The notes beneath the pieces are model-generated. The model saw nothing but the letters and a program-made list of their open reading frames with translations, was not told the origin of the DNA and searched no databases. From NCBI GenBank assembly GCA_017535105.1, contig JAFXUI010000001.1, positions 11,207 through 75,206 of the forward strand: a stretch of 64,000 nt of DNA, written 5' to 3'. The stretch is from Alphaproteobacteria bacterium (lineage in GTDB: Bacteria; Pseudomonadota; Alphaproteobacteria; Rs-D84). The position numbers and the translations under genes were made by a program. Shown piece by piece: positions 29,416-39,027 of the stretch (within the stretch, counting starts at the first letter, position 1; the number at the start of each line of letters is the position of its first letter).

Positions 29416-30649
29416 ATTCGTATCTTAAACTGTCAATCGGGTTTAATTTGGCGGCCTTGAATGCAGGCACAACCCCCGATGCCAATCCCACAACAATCGC
29501 AACCGCAACCGACAACACAATCGGCCACAACGAAAACGGCACATTATAATGCAATATAAGTCGCCCCACCCCCTGGGCCAGTCCTACGCCCAACGCCAAA
29601 CCAATCATTGAACCAATAAATGATATTAAAACAGATTCGGACAAAAACTGAATTATTATCTGTTTTTCTTTGGCGCCAATCGCTTTGCGGATTCCTATTT
29701 CACGTGTGCGTTCCGCAACAGATACCAACATCATATTCATAATACCAATTGCCCCAACCAAAAGCGACACCGCCGCAATCGCAATAAGCAACATTTTCAT
29801 ATATCCCGTCACCACCGACATTGTTTCCATTATTTGTTTCATATCCATAATTTGGAAATCGTCTTCATCATTGGGTTTAAGTCTGTGTCTGGTGCGCAAC
29901 AATAATCTTATTTCATCTATTACAAATTCATTGTCTGCGTCTGGATATAATTTCAGAACAATCATTTGCACCGAATTTGGAAAGCGACTGCCCTGGATAC
30001 GTTTTCGCAGTGTTGTTATCGGAATCAAAATCATATTATCCATTGACCCCATTGCAGAATCTCCCTTGGCACGCGTCACACCAATAACCGTCAGCGGTAT
30101 ATTTTGCACACGAATTATTTCACCAATCGGGTTTTCGGGCATTTCTAATTCTGTCAAAACTTCGGGACCAATTACTGCGTATGTTGATGCGTTGCGTACG
30201 GCAAACTGATTGAAAAACGTGCCCATATCTAATTCAACATTTTGCACAGTTGTATATTCGGGATACACCCCCATAAGTGATGTTGTATGATTTTTGTTTC
30301 CATATATCGCCTGGGCGCCGGTGGTTTGGACGGGGCTTGCCGCCATAACCCCCGGCAGTTGTGCAATTGTTTCTGCATCCATGGTGGTCAGTGTTTGCAG
30401 GTTTCCCGTACGCACACCGCCCATACGTGCAACACCAGCACGTATCATAATCGTACTTGTTCCCAGTGCTGAAAACTGATTGCTTATTTCGTTTTCAACT
30501 GTTTCACCAACGGCAACCATTATGACAACCGCCATAACACCAATGACGATACCCAGTACCGTTAAAAAAGAACGAATTTTATTTCCACTTATTGAAACCC
30601 AAGATTCTTTCAATATATCGCCAAATGTCATATTACCCACCCACAACAT
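29414..30649 (-). CDS. ABC transporter permease, FtsX/MacB family (permease only, no ATPase domain)
   Basis: It is 411 aa with an N-terminal transmembrane helix, a MacB-like periplasmic domain and a C-terminal FtsX three-helix bundle. It ends an operon with an MFP gene and tolC. Confidence 0.8.
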   Translation of the reverse strand: MLWVGNMTFGDILKESWVSISGNKIRSFLTVLGIVIGVMAVVIMVAVGETVENEISNQFSALGTSTIMIRAGVARMGGVRTGNLQTLTTMDAETIAQLPGVMAASPVQTTGAQAIYGNKNHTTSLMGVYPEYTTVQNVELDMGTFFNQFAVRNASTYAVIGPEVLTELEMPENPIGEIIRVQNIPLTVIGVTRAKGDSAMGSMDNMILIPITTLRKRIQGSRFPNSVQMIVLKLYPDADNEFVIDEIRLLLRTRHRLKPNDEDDFQIMDMKQIMETMSVVTGYMKMLLIAIAAVSLLVGAIGIMNMMLVSVAERTREIGIRKAIGAKEKQIIIQFLSESVLISFIGSMIGLALGVGLAQGVGRLILHYNVPFSLWPIVLSVAVAIVVGLASGVVPAFKAAKLNPIDSLRYE

Positions 30650-30699
30650 GACAATTTATAGCATAAAAAATCCCCACTTTCGTGGGGATTGAAATCTTA

Positions 30700-31926
30700 T
30701 TACCGCATTGGACCGCCGGGTCGTCCACCCATACCACCACGATTATTTACACTTGAACGATTTTGTGATTTTGCACCAATTTTACCGACAACAATTTTGT
30801 CGCCCGCCTGGATATCGTCTGAAATAATTTCTGTTTCGGTTGCGGTTACCAAACCCTTTGTATATGGGACAAAACTAACCTTGCCATCACGCAAAATCGC
30901 GACGTGTGTTGCCGGTGTTGCGCCATCTGTTTCCACCCCCAAATTATCAAACGAACGCACCAAGAACGCAGAGTTTTGCGTCTTATAAATATCAAACTTT
31001 TCATCAACAACAATTGTGACAAACGCGGTCATACCCGGCATCAAAGACAAATCGGCATTATTAACATCTATTACCACTGTGTACACAACAACATTTGATG
31101 TCGTTGTTGGCGAAAGACGAATTTGATGCACGCGCCCCTCAAAAGTTTTTGTTGGGTATGCATCAACGGTAAACGTGACCTTTTGCCCCTCTTTTATCAC
31201 ACCAATGTCGGCTTCGGATACCGATGTTTCAATTTGCATTTTGGTTAAATCTTCGGCAATTTCGAACAAGTCGGGTGTTTGGAAAGATGCCGCAACCGTT
31301 TGTCCAACATCAACCTTGCGCGAAATGACGGTACCGTCAACCGGCGATGTGATTGTCGCATAGCCCAAATTAGTCTTGGAACGTTCATATTGTGAATTCA
31401 TACGAACGACTTCTTGTTCTGCCTGTTCGTATGTAGTTTGTGATTGTTCCATTTCAGCGCGTGATATAAACCCTTCGTTATATAAAATCTTGTTGCGTTC
31501 ATATTCGCTTTTTGCGTAATTACGTTTTGATTGCGAACTGTTTAATGATGCTTCGGCTTCACGTACTTGGGCCTGTAAAACAGACGGTTCAATGGTCAGC
31601 AAAACATCACCCTTGTTCACGTGCGAATTATAATCAACATAAATGTTGTCGATTGTGCCGGACACCTGGGAACCGACGTTCACAGTATTTACCGGTTGAA
31701 TTTCACCGGTCGCACTTACAATCTGACGCAGATTGCCATAAGTAATTTCAACCGTAGAATACGATTCTTTTTGCGCCTTTTTCGCACCGCCCGAAAACAC
31801 GTTTATACCAACGGCGATAATCGCGATTAAAACAATCCACCATTTTTTGCGCCATATCCAGCGCAATGCGCGTCGCACAAAAGAAGGTCCAGATTCTTTA
31901 ACAATCGTTTTCTGTTGTTTTGCCAT
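30700..31926 (-). CDS. Periplasmic adaptor (membrane fusion protein), HlyD/MacA family
   Basis: It has an N-terminal anchor, a coiled-coil hairpin (QAQVREAEASLNSSQSKRNYAKSEYERNKILYNEG...) and biotinyl-lipoyl-like motifs, with a Gly-rich C-terminus. Confidence 0.85.
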   Translation of the reverse strand: MAKQQKTIVKESGPSFVRRALRWIWRKKWWIVLIAIIAVGINVFSGGAKKAQKESYSTVEITYGNLRQIVSATGEIQPVNTVNVGSQVSGTIDNIYVDYNSHVNKGDVLLTIEPSVLQAQVREAEASLNSSQSKRNYAKSEYERNKILYNEGFISRAEMEQSQTTYEQAEQEVVRMNSQYERSKTNLGYATITSPVDGTVISRKVDVGQTVAASFQTPDLFEIAEDLTKMQIETSVSEADIGVIKEGQKVTFTVDAYPTKTFEGRVHQIRLSPTTTSNVVVYTVVIDVNNADLSLMPGMTAFVTIVVDEKFDIYKTQNSAFLVRSFDNLGVETDGATPATHVAILRDGKVSFVPYTKGLVTATETEIISDDIQAGDKIVVGKIGAKSQNRSSVNNRGGMGGRPGGPMR

Positions 31927-33251
31927 TATTCATTCCCCTGCTTTTCAAGTCCAACACTTATATCACCAATTGCCAGCGCAACCGCCGCACGTTTGATATA
32001 CAAATCATATTTCGCCGCATTGTTTTGCTTTTGCGCAGTCAACAATTCCGATTGTGATGTTTGCCAATCAAGCATTGTTGCACGTCCAACCTTGTACATA
32101 CCACTTGTCACGCGCTCCGATTCGGTTGCGGACTTTAACAATGTTTCGGTTTGTTTCAACACCGTCTGGGCGGTTTTATAATTTTGATATGCGGTGAACA
32201 CGTCCATCATCGCTTCGTTTGTGGTATTCCGTTCTTGCTCTTTGGCGCGTTCATACGATGCCGATGCCGCACGCACACCATACATATTGGCAAAACCCGC
32301 AAATATTGGCATAGACGCCCGAATAGAAATATTACCGTCCACATTTTCGGATTTTGGGCTGTATGCATCAGCCAATTCATTACCACCCAAACCGATACCA
32401 GCAGATAATTTAATAGATGGCAGATTACTTAAAAACGAAGAATTACGTTTATGCCATGCTGCATCTTTGTTTGCCGTTGCGCGCAACAAATCTGGTCGCT
32501 TTTTTTGTGCGATTTCGATTAACTCATCTATGCTTTTCATTTCGGCATCACTGCCAAACTCGGATCCCATATCTGCGATTGTTATTTCCTGATTTGCTGG
32601 GAAAGACAGTTTGGTAAGTAATTTCCCCTTGGCTATTTCACGATTGTTTTTTGCACGCTCCAGGTCTAAATCACGACTTGCCAATGTGGTTTCCGCCTTT
32701 AACACATCAGCGCGTGCCACCGAGCCCGCCGAAAACTTCTTTTTCGCGGTATCGTGCGCGGTTTTCGCCACAGTCTGCGCAGAAATCGCCGTTTTAACAT
32801 CCGCGTCCGCGTTTAATAATTCATAGTATGCACCGACAACCGAATACACAAAGTTTTGGATTGTTTCATCATAGTCAAAACCCGCCGCACGATATGTCGC
32901 CAATGTTTCCGCCATATCCGATGTACGTTTACCAAAATCAAACAGCAAATAAGAAGCCGAAAGCGATGCGCTGTAATTCCAGTCTTTCCAATCTTTGTTT
33001 TCATAATTTTTGCCGACACCCGCAGAAAATTCGACATTTGGTAAATATGTGTGATATGCCGCATCTTTATTGAATTTCTGGGCGCGCAACGCCGCGTGTG
33101 CCGCCGCCGTTTGTGGATTGCGACAAAGCCCCAAATCAACCACATTTTGCAGGGATAAAACGCCGTCTGGAACAGCCTTTAATTCAGCACAATCATCGGC
33201 TGCAAAAGCCGCAATCGGTAAAAAAGCGCATAAAACGAGCAGGTTTTTCAT
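31926..33251 (-). CDS. tolC: Outer membrane efflux channel, TolC family
   Basis: It has a signal peptide and two repeated halves with long coiled-coil segments, and sits first in the operon with the MFP and permease genes. Confidence 0.8.
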   Translation of the reverse strand: MKNLLVLCAFLPIAAFAADDCAELKAVPDGVLSLQNVVDLGLCRNPQTAAAHAALRAQKFNKDAAYHTYLPNVEFSAGVGKNYENKDWKDWNYSASLSASYLLFDFGKRTSDMAETLATYRAAGFDYDETIQNFVYSVVGAYYELLNADADVKTAISAQTVAKTAHDTAKKKFSAGSVARADVLKAETTLASRDLDLERAKNNREIAKGKLLTKLSFPANQEITIADMGSEFGSDAEMKSIDELIEIAQKKRPDLLRATANKDAAWHKRNSSFLSNLPSIKLSAGIGLGGNELADAYSPKSENVDGNISIRASMPIFAGFANMYGVRAASASYERAKEQERNTTNEAMMDVFTAYQNYKTAQTVLKQTETLLKSATESERVTSGMYKVGRATMLDWQTSQSELLTAQKQNNAAKYDLYIKRAAVALAIGDISVGLEKQGNE

Positions 33252-33348
33252 AAAACTCTCTCTTTATCCCCTGTTATGAGAGTCAATATAGCAATTTTTA
33301 TGTTGAATTACAAATATTTTTTGTCTAGGATTCAAGGGCAAAATAAAT

Positions 33349-33422
33349 GGCCAGATGGCAGAGTGGTTATGCAGAGGACTGCAAATCCTTGTATGCCGGT
33401 TCGATTCCGACTCTGGCCTCCA
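33349..33422 (+). tRNA. tRNA-Cys (anticodon GCA)
   Basis: The cloverleaf was read by hand. The anticodon loop is CTGCAAA, it closely resembles bacterial tRNA-Cys, and the CCA is encoded. Confidence 0.88.
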
Positions 33423-33431
33423 AATTTTATT

Positions 33432-34517
33432 ATGATAAAGAAACTTTGCCTTACCGATTTTCGTAATCACACAATGTGTAAAATTGAAACACATGGTTGT
33501 AATAATGTGATTATCACGGGTCCCAACGGCGCCGGCAAAACAGCAATCTTGGAAGCATTATCAATTTTATCGGGCGACCGCGGAATGCGTGGTGCGCAAT
33601 ATGTTGATGTTGCGCGTTTTGATGGCAACGGTGGTTTTTCGGTATTTGCGGTATTGGACGATGACACCGAAATGTCTGTGGCATTTAATTCGGGCGACAC
33701 AAACCGTCATGGCAATATTGACGGCGACACCGCAACATTGGTTGAATTGTCATCGCGGTTGCCGATGGTTTGGATAACCCCGCGCGAAGACAGATTGTTT
33801 GTTGATGCCGCGTCCGAACGCCGTGCGTTTTTTGACCGCTTGGTTGCAAGTTTTGATTCAAACCATTCGGGGCGCGTTGCGCGATTTACAAAATTACTTT
33901 CCGAACGCGCAATCGCATTAAAGTCGGGGCGCGATATGCGTTGGGTTGACGCACTGGACGATCAAATCGCCGGCGTGGCAACCGCAATTGCAGCCGCCCG
34001 CATTCAATATGCCGGCGAATTAAATTATTTTTTACAAAACGCCGCAATTTCTGTGTCGGGAATGCTGGAACAAATGCTGATTGATGGACGTTCATCGGGC
34101 GATACCGAACGCGCCTATCGCGAATATTTGGGTGGCGCGCGTGAAATTGTTGCCGATAAAATGGTTGTTGATGGGGTCCATAAATCAGACTTTGGCGTGT
34201 TTAACAAACAATTAAACCTGCCCGCAAATTTAACCAGTACTGGCCAGCAAAAAACAATGCTTTTGGAAATAATATTGGCGCACGCAAAATTGTTACACGC
34301 ACGCACAAACAATCGCCCAATAATCTTGCTGGACGAAGCTGCCGCACACTTGGATAAATCCGCACGTGATAAATTGTTTGCGGAACTGGGCGAATCAGAA
34401 GCCCAGGTTTGGGCAACCGGAATTGATGTTGAAGTTTTTACCGATGTACCAAATGCCGTATTTGTTTCTTGCAAGGACGGCGAAATAAGTAATATAGTGG
34501 TAAACGGACAGGAATAA
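33432..34517 (+). CDS. recF: DNA replication and repair protein RecF
   Basis: It has the Walker A motif GPNGAGKTAILEALS near the N-terminus and an ABC signature/D-loop near the C-terminus. The start MIKKLCLTDFRNH is 10 nt after tRNA-Cys. Confidence 0.9.
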   Translation: MIKKLCLTDFRNHTMCKIETHGCNNVIITGPNGAGKTAILEALSILSGDRGMRGAQYVDVARFDGNGGFSVFAVLDDDTEMSVAFNSGDTNRHGNIDGDTATLVELSSRLPMVWITPREDRLFVDAASERRAFFDRLVASFDSNHSGRVARFTKLLSERAIALKSGRDMRWVDALDDQIAGVATAIAAARIQYAGELNYFLQNAAISVSGMLEQMLIDGRSSGDTERAYREYLGGAREIVADKMVVDGVHKSDFGVFNKQLNLPANLTSTGQQKTMLLEIILAHAKLLHARTNNRPIILLDEAAAHLDKSARDKLFAELGESEAQVWATGIDVEVFTDVPNAVFVSCKDGEISNIVVNGQE

Positions 34518-34519
34518 AA

Positions 34520-34987
34520 ATGGCAAAGATAAATTACCAGGAATTATTAGACAACGCATTAAAATCGGTCGTCAAAGACGCATTGGTGTATGCCCAGGTA
34601 AATGGGTTGGGCGATGGGACACACTTTTTTATAACATTCAAGACACGCGACCCAGGCGTTGTTTTACCAGACTTTTTGCGTATGCGCTATCCGGACGTAA
34701 TGACCATTGTTTTACAGTATTCGTATAACAACTTGAACGTATCGGACCGCGAATTTGGTGTACAATTGACATTTGACGGACGTCCGTTCTTTATCCGCGT
34801 ACCATTTTCCGCGTTGGTTGAGTTCAAAGATCCATCAACAGACTTTATGTTATCATTTCATCATAAATCTGCACCGGCGGCGGCCGATAACGATATGGAA
34901 TTACCGCTGGACGAAAAACCGGGCACGGTTCCAGACGACAAACGCATCGTATCCCTGGACGAATTTCGGAAAAAGAAAAACGTATAA
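34520..34987 (+). CDS. sspB: ClpXP adaptor SspB-like protein (alphaproteobacterial type)
   Basis: The GDGTHFFITFKTRDPGVVLPDFLRMRYPDVMTIVLQY core resembles the SspB substrate-binding domain. It has an acidic linker and a C-terminal basic ClpX-binding-like tail (SLDEFRKKKNV). Confidence 0.55.
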   Translation: MAKINYQELLDNALKSVVKDALVYAQVNGLGDGTHFFITFKTRDPGVVLPDFLRMRYPDVMTIVLQYSYNNLNVSDREFGVQLTFDGRPFFIRVPFSALVEFKDPSTDFMLSFHHKSAPAAADNDMELPLDEKPGTVPDDKRIVSLDEFRKKKNV

Positions 34988-35015
34988 AAAAACACTGGCA
35001 ATCGCCGGTATTTTT
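34986..35015. terminator. Palindromic bidirectional terminator (ACCGGCA family variant)
   Basis: aaaaaaacactggcaatcgccggtattttt. Confidence 0.65.
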
Positions 35016-35877
35016 ATAACTTCATTTTACTGCACATATCACGCAACACTGGCACATCAACACCGATGCGTGCGGCACGCGCGATTAAACCGCGTAATGC
35101 GGAAATCCCCTCAACCGTACCAATTGCTTCTTCGCCACGTGCGATTGCCATACCGCCGGAAAAATTGCGGCTTGTTTCCGATGTCGCAGACAGGAATAAA
35201 TCACCAATGCCGCACAGACCCAAAAACGTTTCAGATTTTGCGCCCGATGCACAACCCATTTTAACAATTTCGCCCCATGTGCGTGTGAATATCATTGCGC
35301 GTTCGTTTTCACCCGCCGCTGCAACCAAGTTATATCCACATATCAACGCAACCGCGTTTTTACCAACGCCACAATATTCGGCACCGATAACATCATCACT
35401 GTCATCAAGATATAATTTATTCAAGATTTCATGCCCCACCGCGCGCGCTTTTGCGTTCGCCGCCAATGTAGAGCCCGTTGGAACACCACGCGCAACTTCG
35501 GCCGCGAACTGCGGGCCCGACAGCACACCATAATCGCTACATGCCGGTATTACGTCTTGTAAAATCTCGGACATAAATGCACATGTTTCTGGTTCGGCAC
35601 CCTTGGTACAAATGATTATCGGCTGACCATTATAAAACGTACGCGCATTCGTCATTGTGTCACGGAAAAATGCCGCCGGTGTCACAACCAACCACGCGTC
35701 CATGTCAACCATTTCTGCCATATCACGCGTTATGCGCAAATTCCCCGGCATATCAACACCATCAAACGATTTATATTCACCATCAAAGGACCATAATACA
35801 ACGTCCGAACCGCCACGCGCGGCGACAATACCCAATGCGGTTCCCCATGCGCCCGCACCAATTACACCAACTTTCAT
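35014..35877 (-). CDS. gpsA: NAD(P)H-dependent glycerol-3-phosphate dehydrogenase
   Basis: It has the Rossmann N-terminus MKVGVIGAGAWGTALG and is conserved across its length. At 287 aa it is short. Confidence 0.9.
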   Translation of the reverse strand: MKVGVIGAGAWGTALGIVAARGGSDVVLWSFDGEYKSFDGVDMPGNLRITRDMAEMVDMDAWLVVTPAAFFRDTMTNARTFYNGQPIIICTKGAEPETCAFMSEILQDVIPACSDYGVLSGPQFAAEVARGVPTGSTLAANAKARAVGHEILNKLYLDDSDDVIGAEYCGVGKNAVALICGYNLVAAAGENERAMIFTRTWGEIVKMGCASGAKSETFLGLCGIGDLFLSATSETSRNFSGGMAIARGEEAIGTVEGISALRGLIARAARIGVDVPVLRDMCSKMKL

Positions 35878-37478
35878 TTCAACTTCCTTACCTTTTTTTC
35901 AATTTGCGGGACAATCACCAATCCATCTTCTGATAAATCAATCGCCCGCATATATGCATCGCGCGCCAATTTCGTATTTCCGCCACGCGAATACAAATCA
36001 CCCAAAAATTCAAACAACGATGAACATTCTTTGGCAACCTCCCCTACCCGTTCAACCAATTCCAGTGCTGCATCGTCACCTTCACGTACTGCAATCGCGC
36101 GCGCCAACACCTCCCACGCGCACACGTTTGACATATTAAGCCGAACCAACGTCATACCATAGTCGTAAGCCGTTTCTAATTCACGATTTTGTGCCGACCA
36201 TATTTTCGACTGGATCGACAAAATATCTTCATCTATGCCCAAAACATCAGATGCCGCGTGAATGTCCGATTGCGCCGCATTTAAATCACCAAAAACAAAA
36301 TTGATTTGCGCCCTATTCTTTAATAAAAATGCGTGCGATGCGTCGGACAGTTTCTCATTGTCCATTGCACGATTAACCGTCTTTAATGCCGAACTTTTAT
36401 CACCATGTGCAATATAGTACGCCAACACACGACTCATTGCTGGCACAAACGATGGGTGTGTATGTAAAATCTGGCGCAATTTTGTTATATCATTTGTCTT
36501 TTCAGAATCACGCAATGTCACAAATAAATAAAACGGGCTGTCTTTACTTATTTTATCGAAATATGGTTTATAGTCGCCATTATTGTTAAATAAAAACTGA
36601 CCAATATAATAATTTATCGCGTCCATATTACCAGTGTCACCACTTATAATCTGGGCAAAACGCAACAGCAATACCGACAAGTCAGAATACATCATAACTT
36701 GTGTGTGCGAAACATTCTGAATTAAACTGAACGCTAATGCGTTTTTATAGCCAGAAAACACGGACCAATCGGGGATATTATCATAGTCCAACATAAACAT
36801 TCCGCCCGGCCGTGCAGCAAAATCTTCACGTAAAATATCCGCATCTTCGATATAGTCGTAATGTAAATAGAAAGACATTAAATACAAGTAATCGTTTATG
36901 TTCATAAAATCGACATGAACATCGGCAAACTCTTTTTCAGCCTTTTCTATATCACCATTTTCAGCATATATCATGCCACGGGCAAAAGCCTTCCATGATT
37001 CATTTGTTGACAATGAATCGACAAATTTTATAGCCTCGGTCCGATGCTTTATCGCGGCCGATGAAATTATACGCAACGGCGCAATAAATGCAGAATCATC
37101 TTTCTTGTGTCGTGAATATATTTTTTCCCAATCACCCTGCTCTGCAAGATACGCGTCGTATATAAGGCGTGATGGTGTACCACTTTCTTTTTCAAGTTCT
37201 TTGACCCCATCGGGCAAACGACCACTTAAAAAATCGGCCATCATACGCGTGTTTTTTACAACCTTGGCATCAATATCCGCCAACGAAGCACTGTATGCCG
37301 AAGCAGCATCAAAATCATTTACATAAATTGCGTGTTGCGCCGCCAAAAACGCACCAGAATGCGTTTCCGGAATTGCTTTAAATTGTTCGGTCGCCGACAT
37401 CTTTAAACCAGACCGATAGCCAACGGCGAAACAAACAAGCGTTGCAAGACAAATAAATAAAGTTTCTGTTTTTTTCAT
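35874..37478 (-). CDS. Large exported TPR-like helical-repeat protein of unknown function (534 aa)
   Basis: It has a signal peptide or anchor and a Leu/Ala/Tyr-rich repetitive alpha-helical content. I recognise no specific family. Confidence 0.4.
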   Translation of the reverse strand: MKKTETLFICLATLVCFAVGYRSGLKMSATEQFKAIPETHSGAFLAAQHAIYVNDFDAASAYSASLADIDAKVVKNTRMMADFLSGRLPDGVKELEKESGTPSRLIYDAYLAEQGDWEKIYSRHKKDDSAFIAPLRIISSAAIKHRTEAIKFVDSLSTNESWKAFARGMIYAENGDIEKAEKEFADVHVDFMNINDYLYLMSFYLHYDYIEDADILREDFAARPGGMFMLDYDNIPDWSVFSGYKNALAFSLIQNVSHTQVMMYSDLSVLLLRFAQIISGDTGNMDAINYYIGQFLFNNNGDYKPYFDKISKDSPFYLFVTLRDSEKTNDITKLRQILHTHPSFVPAMSRVLAYYIAHGDKSSALKTVNRAMDNEKLSDASHAFLLKNRAQINFVFGDLNAAQSDIHAASDVLGIDEDILSIQSKIWSAQNRELETAYDYGMTLVRLNMSNVCAWEVLARAIAVREGDDAALELVERVGEVAKECSSLFEFLGDLYSRGGNTKLARDAYMRAIDLSEDGLVIVPQIEKKVRKLK

Positions 37479-37496
37479 AAAACCTATGGTACAATA

Positions 37497-38063
37497 ATGT
37501 TTATGAATAATAAAGCCAAATTTAATCGTTATGCCGAAATTTTGCGCGATTGGTCCACGCGCATAAATCTTGTCGCGCCCAGCACGTTATCGGACATCGA
37601 AACACGCCATTTTGCCGATTCGGCCCAACTTGCCGATGTATTACCAAAAAACGTCCAAATCGTTGACATGGGCAGTGGTGCCGGCTTTCCAGGCGTTGTA
37701 CTGGCAATTTTGGGTTGGAATGTCACATGTGTTGAATCAATTGGTAAAAAAGCATCGTTTCTGAACACAGTAAAAGAAGAATTGAACCTTGTAAACCTGA
37801 CGATATATCACGGTCGTTTGGAAGATTTTATAAAGCAAATGCCGGCCGATTCGTCAAACACCGTATTCACCGCACGTGCTTTTGCGCCATTAATTAAGAT
37901 TTTAGACTATACACGAACAAAAAATTGCCGGCTTTTTTTACTAAAAGGCCGGGAAATCGAATCGGAAATTACAACAGCAAAACAAAAATACAAATTCAAA
38001 TACGAACTTGTACCATCAAAAACCGGTGACGGATTTATAATTATTATTAAAAAAGACCGGTAA
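37497..38063 (+). CDS. rsmG: 16S rRNA m7G527 methyltransferase RsmG (GidB)
   Basis: It has the SAM-binding motif VDMGSGAGFPGVVLAI, is conserved along its length, and is followed by parA-parB. Confidence 0.88.
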   Translation: MFMNNKAKFNRYAEILRDWSTRINLVAPSTLSDIETRHFADSAQLADVLPKNVQIVDMGSGAGFPGVVLAILGWNVTCVESIGKKASFLNTVKEELNLVNLTIYHGRLEDFIKQMPADSSNTVFTARAFAPLIKILDYTRTKNCRLFLLKGREIESEITTAKQKYKFKYELVPSKTGDGFIIIIKKDR

Positions 38064-38077
38064 TTTCACATGAAATA
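38062..38077. promoter_or_regulatory. parS-like palindrome (1 mismatch to the TTTCACGTGAAA core)
   Basis: aaTTTCACATGAAAta lies 175 nt upstream of parA. Confidence 0.5.
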
Positions 38078-38122
38078 ACTTATAACAGTTTGATTTTACA
38101 TAATTTTCAATAAAAATATTTT

Positions 38123-38138
38123 TATTTCATATGAAATA
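38123..38138. promoter_or_regulatory. Second parS-like palindrome (TTTCATATGAAA)
   Basis: taTTTCATATGAAAta is perfectly palindromic, with 2 mismatches to the parS core. Confidence 0.4.
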
Positions 38139-38252
38139 AGAAACAGTATATTGTTTTTACGATATTTTTGTGTTTCATTTCACACTTTACTTTAATTATC
38201 TTGACCCAAAATGCCGTTTAAGATAATATGATGTAAAAATGGTGGAACAAAA

Positions 38253-39026
38253 ATGACACAAATAATCGCTTTTGCAAATCAAAAAGGCGGTGTTGGAAAA
38301 ACAACAACCGCTGTAAATATTGGTGCATCGCTTGCAACTATTGGTCGCCGTGTCTTATTGGTTGATCTGGATTCCCAGGGAAATGCTGGAACGGGACTTG
38401 GTTTTGTGCGTACCGCACATCGTCAAAGCATTTATGATGTATTAATGGGATTGTCGCCGGTTGCCGAAAACATTTTAACAACCGCCGTACCAAACATGCA
38501 TATCTTGCCATCATCAATGCAACTGGCCGATGCCGAAGTAGAATTGATAGACATGGAACGCCGCGAATATCGGTTACGTGACGCATTGGCACAAATTGCG
38601 CCATACTATGATTATATTTTGCTTGATTGTCCGCCGGCACTTGGGTTTATAACAATAAACGCACTTGTTGCGTCAAACTATGTAATTATACCAATGCAGT
38701 GCGAATTCTATGCGCTTGAAGGTATTACCCACATGATGAATTCAATTCGCGAAATCAACACAAAGTGGAATCCGGAATTGGAAATCTTGGGCATATTGCT
38801 TACTATGTACACCAAACAATATGGAATGACACATTCTGTTGAAGACGACGTCCGGAAAAAGTTTGGCGATTTAGTATTCAAGACCGTTGTTCCGCGTAAT
38901 GTTCGTGTATCAGAGGCACCAAGCCACGGAAAACCGGCATTGTTCTATGATTTCAATTCGTCCGGTGCCCAGGCATATTTACGTGTCGCAACCGAAGTAA
39001 TAACAAAAACAGAGCAGGGGGCATAA
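38253..39026 (+). CDS. parA: Chromosome partitioning ATPase ParA (Soj)
   Basis: It has the deviant Walker A motif KGGVGKTTTAVN and is conserved throughout. Confidence 0.93.
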   Translation: MTQIIAFANQKGGVGKTTTAVNIGASLATIGRRVLLVDLDSQGNAGTGLGFVRTAHRQSIYDVLMGLSPVAENILTTAVPNMHILPSSMQLADAEVELIDMERREYRLRDALAQIAPYYDYILLDCPPALGFITINALVASNYVIIPMQCEFYALEGITHMMNSIREINTKWNPELEILGILLTMYTKQYGMTHSVEDDVRKKFGDLVFKTVVPRNVRVSEAPSHGKPALFYDFNSSGAQAYLRVATEVITKTEQGA

Positions 39027-39027
39027 A

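Noticed and set aside
38064-38252. CRISPR-like or other array in the rsmG-parA spacer, because of its repeated TTTCA(T/C)ATGAAATA strings
   Set aside because: There are only two full copies, they are palindromic, and the spacing is irregular. They are better explained as parS-like sites.
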